NCBI GenBank assembly: GCA_964106645.2
Contig: OZ067042.1
DNA length: 64,000 bases
From: Podarcis pityusensis
Lineage: Eukaryota
Direction: 5' to 3' (one strand)
Part shown: positions 14,201 through 26,200 of the stretch, piece by piece
Position numbering within the stretch: the first letter of the stretch is position 1
How the letters are laid out: every line of letters starts with the position of its first letter
Program-made: the position numbers and the translations under genes
The notes under the pieces: model-generated
The model's input: only the letters and a program-made list of their open reading frames with translations
The model's database searches: none
Told to the model about the DNA's origin: nothing

Positions 14201-17200
14201 TTGTATATTACATCCAGTTCTGCACTTAGTACAGCTTGCCGGCAAAGGAAGGAGAACAGGGGAACAGGAAAATATGTGAAGCGTTTATCACTTGCAAACA
14301 CGCAACTGTACCCTCTTGTCCTGTCACTGTCAGCTGAGTCAATAATTTGTCACAGCAAGCTTGGCTATCTTTGTGTGAGCAGACAGATTGGAGAATGAGT
14401 CTTTTTTCCTGCTTTGGTCAAAGGTTTTTGACTTATCAGAACTTGAAACTGTGCATTAAATAACAAGAATGAATTGATAACCTTCCACCAAAGAAACAGA
14501 TGTCAGCTGCTAACCCCCCCCCCCCAAAAAAGATACCAAACTTGCTTAACAAGCTTAGCTCCATTTTACAGGTGGTTCTCAAATATCAGCAAAGGAAATC
14601 AATGACATTTCTTTATTATTATTTATATCATAAGATCTCAGGACGATTCACAGAATAAAATATAGGATAAAAACAAGTAAATAAGTGAAAACAAAACAGC
14701 AAGACAATAACTCCCCCTTCCCGCAGACACATTTACATGGCTGTAGAATATTAATCAGCCAAAGGCCTAGTTGAAGGGGAACATTTTCGCCTGGCACCTA
14801 AAAATATATAATGAAGGAGCCAGGCGAACCTCCCTGGGGAGAGCATTCCACAAATGGGGAGCCATTACAGAGAAGGCCCATTCTCATGTTGCCACCCTCC
14901 AGACCACACGTGGAAGGGCCTCAGATGATGGACACAGAGTCTGGGGCAGTTTACATGGGGAGAGGCGGTCCTTCAGGTATTGCGGTCCTGAGCCGTCACT
15001 TCAAACATAAAATTAAGATTTCCAAATAGTATAGAAACATCCCCCCCCCCCACAAGTCAGCAACAAGCATAAGAAAACAGCAGTGACTGTAGCGAAGAAC
15101 TTGAGATATAGATGTTCCTAAGGAGCAATCACGTGAGCCAAAATACACATGTGAGACAGGCAACAGCCCACACTTACCCTCTCTAAATGGCAGAATCCCA
15201 CACAGAAGTGGGAACATCTGCAGAGAACATTTAGAGAAGCAAGATGATGTGATTATATCCCATACCACTTCTGCTTCCACTTGGGAACAGTTGTGGGTTA
15301 CTGGCCACATAGAAGCTGCAAGGGCGTATATAAACTAGGCCTAAATCAAGGGGGTGAGGAACTATACCAGTCTGTTGTTTTCTTAAGGTTAAAGTCATAG
15401 CATAACTGCACATACGTCATTTGTCTCCCAAACTAAACAGGCATACTGAACATCATGAAACCCAGTGCACATAGCCTTCTCCAACCTCATATTAATGTTC
15501 TATCAGTCATGCTTCCTTCGTGCTCCACTCCCTTCTACTGTGATGAGTTCCAGACCTCTGAACATATGTTGCCCCAGCTATTGATAATTCATCTGTCCTC
15601 AAGCGAGTTTAAGATCTTAGTAATTCTTCCATAGATCATAAGTTCTGCATTAACATGATGGATTCACTTAGCTAGGCATTAAAATGTAATGTATGATGGG
15701 GTTTTCTATAAAAATAAATGGTCATATATTTTGCAAATGTTAGCTGCTCATCTCTGGCAATAAGATGGAGAGAGGGGAAGAGAAGTGTTATATTCAGTTC
15801 TGCAGATTTAAGGAGATTCATCTACTTCTGTTCTAGTACTCAGCTGCTGTTAAAAGAGGTGGGAGAAAAATACACTATGTGACTGGTACACACTATGTGG
15901 GCTGATACATAAAATATGTAGGATTTTCAAAGGGAACATTTCAACATTACCTTAACTATCTTCAAAGGCTGTGGCCTAATCACAAATGCACACTTGTATG
16001 AATCATGGATCCTGCAGCCACCACCCAAATAATTGGCTTGACCACCATAGCCTTGAAGGGAAAAAAACAAAAAACCCTACAGGATTTATTTGCGTATTAT
16101 CAGACCCATGCACATTGTCTCTAGTGATTTAATTGACAGGTAGGGCACTTCCAAAGGCTGCTGTTTTCAGGTGGTATTCAATAGCATACTGGCACATTCA
16201 GGTTGCACAGTTAAAGCTGACATGGAGATTTTGTGTGACAAAACTGCTTTCCACAAAGATTGGACTTTTTGCAATAAGGAGAATGATGGGGAAATAAATA
16301 TTGGAAAGTGTGGGATAAAACTTGCTTGATGTGAAGTCATCTAACCTCTTCACAAACAAATCAGGATGAATTCTGAATAAGCAAGTCATCTATAAGGGGT
16401 CTTAGATAAGGTTGCCATATTTAAAAAGGTGAAAATCCGGACACAAAAGTTGTTGAGCTTTCAGCTACTTCACTGCCCAGATGTATGGCAACCCTACCTT
16501 AGATATTACATCTCAAACAAGAAGGTGATGTTGAGGCAAGGCAGTTAGAAATGATCTACTGACACACTATGTATTTTCATGCATATTTTTCTTGGACAGC
16601 TTGGATTTTCCCACTGCAGTCCAAGGGCAAAAATATGAAAACAGAAACCTCTTGCGTACAATAATTATATTAAAGTCTTTGCACAATAAATTCAGTTATC
16701 TTCTGCTTTCTGGCACTACAACAACTTTGAGAGAATGAATCACAGTCAGTAAAAATAAAATTTCCCTTGGTGGTCTTGTGGCTTTGACCATAGGACAAGC
16801 AGGGAGAGAAAGAAATCCTCATTCACTGACAGATGGAGAGTCAAGGGAAGCATAGAGGATGAGGGGTCTGGAGAATGGAGAGTATTTGACCTTGTCAAGC
16901 AATGGTACTGTACACAGTGCTAGGCAATTTGGTAGAGATTGTTCACGAATTATACATGTCTACTGTACTGTTGGCAAGCTGTGCTATGTACTGGTATGTT
17001 GTCTGTACGATGAAATGTTCAGATTAAACTCAGAGTTGAGGGTGTACGCCAGATCCTTCCAGCCTATGTCTGCACTTCTAAGCCCATTTATAAACCCCAT
17101 TGAATTCAATAGGACTTCTGAGTTGACCAGCTTAAACTGCATTGGTACTAACTACATGGGAAGTTACTTGGGGGGAAGGGATTACTCTGGGAATCCTATG

Positions 17201-20200
17201 CCTGCTTAGAATTAAGTTCCATTGATTCTTAACATTTTCACAAAGATTCCAGGAACAAGGATCCATATTTCTCTTAGAAGGAAGTCCATACTCCTTACTC
17301 TAACTCTGTGCAGACTAAGAGGGAACTGTAAACACAAATTATTACACAGAACAAAGACTGCAGCTCTAAACTAGAAGTTTTGTCTTACTTACATCAAGCT
17401 TGGTTCACACATGCATGGTTACTATGTGATGGCTGACACATGTAAGGGCTTGCATATGGAAGTGGAGTGATCTAACACTACAGACAGAAGCAGAAAATTA
17501 TTTACATTTGCAGGCCTCCTCAGGCGTTAAAAATGTGTACAATGAACACATACAGAAGGGGCCAAGCATGCAGGAGGGTCTAATGAGACACAGGTTATGG
17601 CAGTGCCACTACTACTGTGCAATCATTGTACCTGCTTTGAACACCTTGTAGTTATTATTGTCATCATTATTTATATATCGCCTTTTGCCCAGACCAGGAC
17701 TCAAGTCTTACACGGCCTGCAACCAAGAAAAATCACACCATCTGTAGAAAAATGTAGTTATCTGTGTATGTAAATAAGTGGTGCAGGCCTTACTTCCAAG
17801 TAAACTGTGGTTAAGATCTGCTGGTATGAATTTCTGAGAACATAGTTATATGTTAGTATGAAACTCAAAAGCTTAGTCTATTTTGGCTGGTGGTTGTCAA
17901 AATGATACCAGTTATCTGATGATTAGATTCTAACCCTGAGAATAAGACATTCACACGCCCTTTTTTTATTCTTTTCCTTGTCTTTCCAACGCAGAGGACA
18001 TATATCTTTACCTTCCTATTGAGTTCCCGAGTCTTCATTCACCCCCATGAACTCCTAGCTAAAGTGGGGCAAATCTGCCTTAAACAGAAGCAGCAACTGG
18101 AGACTGGAGTCGATGCAGACAAGGTATGTGGAATTCAAAGCTTCTCACTGGTTTAGAAGCAATGTATTTTTCTTCTTCTCTCCCTGAAATCTCTACATCC
18201 TCTTGTCAAACAGGTTCTTCCAACTAACAGATACAATCTCCTAGTCACCAGCTGTACCCTTTTGCTAACCTATTCGTTTTTGCACGTGCTGTATATACTC
18301 AGTAATACGAACTTTACTGCCAGTTGTACTTACTGGAACTGGCACAGTGTTATTGCTGTGGGTAGGAGAACTGAATCTCATAGCTGTTTTCGTGCGCTGA
18401 GCAACCACGTTGGCTGTTTTGCACAGCAATGCTGCCAGGGTAATTGCATTTACATCGTGATAAGCACGGCTGTGTAAGTCTTCCTTGAAACAAACACCTG
18501 TAAATTTCACCTTAGCAGCCATTACTGAACGTACTTAGGCATCATCTGAGTCAAATGTTAAAACAAACAAAACATTATCTGTGTGAGACTTTACAGGGAC
18601 AGCATCACGTGCAAGGTGCCTACAAATGCAGCAATCTCAGGCAATAGATTCTGGGCATGCTAATGCTACACGTGTAGGAAACACACTGCAATTTATACCT
18701 AGCAACAGCCATTAATTTATGTCAGACTGTTGCTAAAGGAGTGGGACCTGTTAGAAAAATGGACGGGGGGTTGGGAGAGTTGCTAGACTGGGATAGCTCA
18801 GTCAGTAGAGCATGAGACTCTTAATCTCAGGCTCGTGGGTTCGAGCCCCACATTGGGCAGAATATTCCCATATTGCAGTGGGTTAGAGTACATGAACCCT
18901 CGTGGTCCCTTCCACCTCTACAATTTTCTGATTCTATGAACTAGCATTGATTCAACCTATTATAACTCCCGGTTCCACTTACCATTCACTGTCCTGCCTC
19001 ACCCCTCACCAAGCCCATGGGCACCACAGTCCCTAAACAAATAAGTTGCTTTAACAAGCCCAGCATACATATACATTGGAATTGATCCTCATTAAACCAT
19101 GTAAAATGAATCAGTCCCTTGGTTTCTCCATGCTTCTGGGCATCCCCACCAGAAGAGAATGGCTAAGGATAGAAGAGTGATGCACTGGAGTCTAGACTCT
19201 AGGAGTCCTATCTCCTCTGTCCTTTCAAAAGCTTGCAAATATTTATTTTCAGGACAGTATTTGAAGTCTTTCTTGTGTCACACTGTCATATTCCAGAGAC
19301 ATTAACTCTTACATAGTAAGAGGAAATGGTTATGTATCAAGATTCTGGTTTCCTCTTCTCAAATGTTGGAGGAGACTGCATTGTTTATTGCGTCTGTTGA
19401 GTTTTCTTCAGCAGAACAGTTCTTGTTTTAATTTTGTCCATGATCTGCTAAGGAATCGTGAGTTCTGAAAAGTCATAGTGCTGCCAGTCAAAGCTTACTA
19501 CTGTGCAAAATAGATGAAACACACAAACAGAGCTCTGATGCACTGTGATAAGGTACCTGTATAAACAAACTATTAAATCAAATACCGGTTGGGTGGCGTG
19601 TGAGCAGAAACCCTGGCAAGAAGCCAGGCTTTGTGGTTATGTGCTTATACTTATCATTCCTTTATTAATGACATCACCAGCCACTAGCAAAATCTCACAG
19701 AAAATGTTCCAAGACACAAGCTGACAGATTAAACACAAACTTTAGCCCTGCTCAGATCCACTTGGGAGGCTTTTGCTGCTTTATTTGACAAGGGAGAGGG
19801 TCTCGGTGTTTTAAAATACCACGTTTTCATAAATATGTCAGAGGGCTGTTAACCCTGCCAGAAAGTAGCAAGTTAACTTTACAAGGCTATATAATAGGGA
19901 AAAGGGGGGGAAATCAGATATTGCCCTCCTTAGGGAACTGCCAGAATGTAATTTGTAGCTAGAATCCAGAAAATTGCTGAAAAGGTAGAACTATTTAGGA
20001 CCTGCGTGCATGATAGCTGTCAACACTGTCCACCCCCCACCAGTAAAGCAAAGGACTGCTGTTTCATTTCTTTAAGTTTTCCACTGCCAAAATTTTCCAC
20101 TGGGTATGTGTCAAAATAGCAAAAATATTTGTTATTATTATTGTTTTTTTAAAAACCCACTCTCTTGTCTTTGAACAGTTCAGTTTGATTTATTGCAGTG

Positions 20201-23200
20201 TTTCTCGAACTTGGGTCTCCAGCTGTTTATAAACTACAGTTCCCATCATCACTGACCACTGTGGTCCTGCTGGCTAGGGATGATAGGAGTTGTAGTCCAA
20301 AAACAGCTGGAGACCCAAAGTTTGGGAAACACTGATTTATTGTGAAACTAACAAGCATCTCAATGGGGAGGACTGATACTTTCCCAGAAGAACTAATTGC
20401 CTAAAATGGGGGGGGGGGCTGTGACTTTTCAGATCCCATCTACAGCTGCCATCACCCCTGGCCATTATGGGCCCTGCTGGTTGGAGATGATGGGAGATGA
20501 GAGTCCAGCAATGTCTGGAAGTCCACATGTTCCCATTCACTAAACGCTTCACTGTATCTTGAATTTCTCCACCCTGGTAGGGAGAGGAATTGGGGAAACC
20601 ATTTCAACAGATTTCTTTCAGGAGGAGGAGGAGTTCTCCAACTATTCCTTGTGGGTGTGGCTCATCATTAGCATAGCTTCTTTGTCTCTTCCCCCCTGAA
20701 TATTTTTTGTTGCTGATGCTGCAGATGTAGCAACTGTGCTGGCAGCTTGGCCATCAATTTGCATCCCACCCAAAGTCCAGCACCGCTCAAGGGTGGTTGG
20801 AGGGGAAAATGGTGGTCAACATGATAAATGGCACAGAATTCTGCAAAATGGACTACTTTGGGGGGGGGAAATATCTTGACCATTTTCTTAGAAAAATATG
20901 TATTCTGAGAAATTTTGGCTCAGTTCTAGTTTTTGTTCAATCATCAAGTGCACAGTAATCAAGCACAGTGAAATTAAAGGATATATATTCACATGTGAAC
21001 CTGGTCTTTGGAATTTTAGAAGTAGGCAGGGAGGGTGATTGGCCATTATCCTGCTACCAACCCTTCAGAGACTGCTGCTTAAGTCTTCTGTTTCTCCTTC
21101 CACACATCACTCTTTCCTTGTTAATCTTGGGGACAAATGTTAAAACACAGAGTCTAGCCCAGGAACTGCCAGTTTCCATTTTCTGCCCTAGATGCTGCAT
21201 CTGCTGGGTGGTAGAACAGTTATTCCTTGCAGTTCTTAAACAATCCTTTTCTAGAATTCCTATGTAATCTGGTTAGACGTTAATATCGCAAGCAAGTGGC
21301 TAAGTCTCCAGCAGATTGTCTTTGGTGAGTTGTTAAGAATCAATAAAGAGCTGCTGGGTTATTTTTCTTAAAACAAAGAACAAAAAAAACCAAAGCCTGA
21401 AATACTGGAGCCTAAGGATCACTTTCTTTAAGTTAGGCAATCGCAAGGCATTTTCTTCTTTCTCCGAAAAGGGAACCTGTCTGCTTGACATCCCCTAGAG
21501 CTCTGTAAATTCCCAGGCAAGGGTGGAAATCACGGAAGGAATAACCCTTCCCTTGCTTGCTTGAAGTGGCTGTGGGTGGGGAGAAACTTGAAGCAACTGG
21601 CTGGAATGACAAAGAAAGGAAATGGTTGCTCCCCCAAACTTTGCTGAGAGCATTATTTCTGCTCCTTCTCACAGCAAAACTTAAATCATTTTCTCTCGCT
21701 GAGAACTTTAATTAAATGTCATTAGCTAATATACCCAAGCAGGGTGAAGAAAAGGTACAACAACAGAGCTATTAGGAGAAATGAATAAGATGCCCTGTGA
21801 CCAAGGAGTATTTAGGAAGTCCCCACCCTCCAAAGCCTGGATGAAGCTCAAATGACTCAGTAATGAAGGAAATCTAAATTTCCATCTCCCTCCAAAAAAG
21901 GCTCCATTGGAATCTGCTGATACTAGACGCCAACCAATATGTAATGAAACTAGAAGAATGATCTTGCCTCATGACACCCGATTACAACGTAGAAAGATGT
22001 GCATATTCCTTGTATAGTAAATGCACTGGATTTTGGGAAGTGCTGGAAATGACACTTGGTCCAATTCAAAGTGCCCAATGGGCATTTGCTGCAGGAATCA
22101 CCACCTATCTGAAATATTTACATTGGATTTAGGAACGAGTTAGACCGTTGGTCTATGCGGCTCAGTAACTGGCAGAAGGTCTTAGGCAAAAGTCTTTCAT
22201 AAGCCCTACCTGGAGATACCAGGTTGAACCCAAGATCTTTTACATGTCACGAATACGTTCTGCCACTGACCTATGTCCCTTCCCACTTTGCAAGCTTGTT
22301 CAAAGTGCTGGTTTTCATTTTCAGAACCCCAAAAGCCCTGGGCTCTCAGTATCTGAAGGAGCACCTCAGCACTTTATTCCTTCATATCCGTTATGATATT
22401 CAGAAGCAGCTCTGCTTAGGACAATCTTTGCAAACCTGGAGTGCTTTCTCATTGTAACTCTCCCTGAGAAACCCACCTGGCAAAACCTTCTTTTGTTTTT
22501 TGTTTTAAGGAAAAAAACAGCTTTTGAGCTGCCAGAGAAGACAGTGCCTTTCCTTCACCATGCCTGCTTGTCTGTGTGTGTTTGTGGGGCGGTTTACTAT
22601 GCATTTTAAATATCATGCATCAAATTGGCATGAAACCACATTTATTTTTATGTTGATATTTTGTAAGCTGCTATGAGGACTTGCAGCGCTGCGGGACGCA
22701 TAAATAAATGCCACAATCCAGCCACAGTTAAAAGCGCCTTCGCTTCCTGTTGTTTTTAACGAGGAAGCTAAGCATACGCTTAAATCAACGTGCTTAACTT
22801 TGACTGGCTAATGTCTAAAACAAAATAAACCCAAGGGATGCATTGTCTGTATGGAAGAAGCTGGAGACAGAGCTCTCTGACAAAATGTGCTTTAAAGCCG
22901 TAGAGCAAGCCGCTAAAACTTTGCATCAAAGGTATCCCTTAATTTTTCCTTTCTTTTATGGCTGTTGTGTATGCACTTGAGACAGCTGAAAGAACCAAGC
23001 TGCCCCCCCCCCAAACACACACCACACTGATGCAAAGCCTTGAGGATGCTGAGCTAAGCATTAGACACACCTGCTCTCTCTTTTTAATGCTCTCTATTTG
23101 GAAGAAAGACAGAAAGGGATTTGTAAGACCAGCTGAGACTTTAGCCTAACACAACTTATTTTTCCTTTTGTTTTCATATGCCACTGTTAATGATTCAAAG

Positions 23201-26200
23201 ATTTGGCACTTGGGGTGCCATCTGGTTACCCAGAAGTCACCGTCAAGGAAAGTCTCCTTGGCTCGTTTGATTAACCACTCTGCATTCTTTCCTAGGCAAA
23301 GCTTAAGTCCTTTGCTGCCAAGATCATTCAGCTCCTGAAAGAATGGACTGAAACCTTCCCCTATGACTTCCAGGATGAAAAATCTATGAAAGAGCTGAAG
23401 GAAATTGCTCACAGGATCACACAGTGTGATGAGGTAAGGGGGGAAACGAACACACACACATGCAGGTGGAACAGACACTACCAGAACCTGTCCCAACCTA
23501 TAATTTGTCTTGACAGGTTGCAAATATTTGCTAGATGCATTGAGGCTCCACAACTGCTGACCATGACTTGCCTAAATGGTATTAACAAGATCAGAGGAGT
23601 TGGCCCCTTCCACCTTTTCAGGGACCTCTTACTCCTCAAATTTTATGTACAACTGACCACACCACCACTATTTAGTAACTCATGGTACTTGCTACCGTTG
23701 CAACCCCCATATGGGACCAAGTCTTAATGTAATCCTAGCAATGAGAGAGCCCAAACCACTATATCTGTGTTTCCCTTGCTTCCCCTAATCTCAAGTGGTG
23801 AGCTCATGAGCCCAGAAAGGCCACTAGGGTTGGGGGAGAGGGAGGCATCAAGTTGGCATGGGGCATGGGGCGGTGGGGGTGGCCCGCCCCACGTGTCATT
23901 CCAGGGGGGTAACAAAAAAAACCCCAGCGGATCATCGCCACACTGATTGGCCCCCCGGGTGGATCACCGCCACACCGATCAGCCCCCCCAGGTGGATCAC
24001 CACTTTGCCAATCGGCCCCCCTGGGCGAATCAACCCACCCCCAGGTGCACGACATATGTGCCGCTCCAGGTGCCCGAGTAGCTAGCTCCGCTACTGCTTA
24101 GGGAAGCCCTGAGGTTTGCAGAAGAGCAAAATGTTGTGTTTTTTTAAATTAAAACAAAAACAGGTCTAAGTGGGTAGTCCTCTGCTACACCAGAAAATAC
24201 AGCTAAATATGGAACTGGCTGAGATGACCGGCAGAATTCGAGATCAGGAAGAAGGGTCGATGGAAGAAGATTGGAAAAAATTTAAAATATATCTTCAGAA
24301 ATACTGTAATATAAAAGAATGTTAGAAAAGGTTGGAGAAGAATATTAGACCGTATTGGCAGACAGAGTATAATGGAATAAGTAAATATGAAGTGTAAAAT
24401 AAAGATAGAGGAGAATTAAATACTTTCGAATGTTAAAATAAGTAAATGAAAAGAAGGTTAGAAGGATTTGCTGGAGATACGATTTAAACTAGAATACAAA
24501 GCAGAGAGGTGAGAGGAAGTCACGGAAATAAGTAAATGGGAAAACGGTTTTAAAGGTTTAATTTGATTTTTTGTTACCTTTTTATGGTGATTTTCTGTCT
24601 TTTGTATTTTTCTTTTGTATTGTTTGTTTTTTGTATAAGAAGTATGTGATTTGTTTTTCTTTTTCTACTTTTTTCTTTTTCTGTAATTTCTAAAATTGGA
24701 ATAAATATTCTTAAAAAAAGAAAAGAAAAAGAAAATACAGCTAAATGAAAACTGAGTGCACTCAGTAGTCAAGGACACTAAGAATCAATTGGAATAGAAA
24801 AACAACAGTTGGAGGAGAGTGGAATGTAATGTGTGGAAGGAACGGCTGCCTAAAACCCTGAATAGAAGCACTCCTTCTAGGGAGGGAGGGTACACTGCAA
24901 CATTTTATTGCAGGCTCCCCTTGTGTGGCATACTATTGGATAGTGCTTGGATGTTCACCATATTCCTGTAAGGCAACTGGCCTATTATTTTTTCTTACTG
25001 CTGGTGTGATGTCAACATATTCCATTAGAATTTCCGTATCTCACTGTAAAAGTAGAAAGGGCTTCTCAGATAGGTTGATGGCCATCTGCTTTAGCTGAGT
25101 TTCTTGCATTGCAGAGGGTTGGACTAGATGACCCTTGGGGTCCCTTCCAACTCTACAGTTCTGATTCTATATGAATTGTCTGTGCATCAAGGCACAGCCT
25201 ACCAAGTGGTGCCAAGGTACAAAATTCACACATGGCCTTGTGATTAAAAGCTGCCAATTTCATCTTAGTTTATGTTGATAAATCAAATACATTCTGAAAA
25301 CACACAGGGAGGAGGGGATAAAAGGCTCTAACTAGATCCTTACAGCATAATCCTAAAGTTGTTTACTCCAAAGTCTAGCTGAGTTCAGTGGTATTTGCTT
25401 CCTGAGTCTATGTCTGTTTAGGCATGTTGCCTAAGTACTATAAAGGGTAGAGCGAGAAGAATGCTGTCTTTTTGAAATGACCGTTCCAAATATATATTTG
25501 AGATTGGCCCCAGAGGTTTAAGAGTGACAGGCATGTGTCTGTTTAAAATGTTAATGGCCAAAAAGACTAGAGTGGTGCAACAACTTTGGCAGCAATGCAT
25601 GATGATTGGAGGTGATGCTTTGATATTAAAGGTGTTGTCAAGAGTAGCATGACAAGTTTCAGGATGTCAGCAATGTTGTTTACCCGCATTTTATTAAGCT
25701 GTCACAACCTGAAGGCAAGAGGAAATGATTAAGGCTATGTGCTGGGTTTTTAAACGGTGTGCGCAAAAACACTCGTACAATCTTACACTAAAGGAAAACA
25801 ATTATATTTTGTTTTATGTTCAGTTTTCATTAACTGAGTCATTTTTAAAATTGGAGGAAACACTCCTGTCTCCTCCTTGTCTCCCATTCATCAGCGAGGC
25901 TATACCTGAATCAAGAATAATAAGTTGTAAAAATAATTCATCTTGGTAAAGGCCTATGCTTCTCAGGCTGTAAAGCATGCCTACAAATATCCAAAAAGAT
26001 CAACAATAGCATGCGAGCCAATAAAATGGGGACAGGGAGAGTTGTGTATATGTGTTTGCATACCTATGCAAAAGAACAATAAAATGCTATAAGGCCACCT
26101 GCTTATGATGTACAATTTCTGTATATGTCTACTCAAAAGTAAGCCCCACTGGCTTCAGTGTGATTTACACTCAGGTAAATGTACCTAAGGGACGCGGGTG

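Noticed and set aside
18787-18859. Apparent tRNA-Lys(CTT) gene
   Set aside because: The 5' strand of the acceptor stem (actggga) cannot pair with the 3' strand, there is no immediate oligo-T terminator, and the sequence runs straight into a CR1-type tail. It is a SINE head.
23925-24045. Direct repeats resembling a CRISPR-like array
   Set aside because: Units are contiguous and degenerate with no unique spacers, there are no cas genes, and the context is vertebrate. It is a minisatellite.
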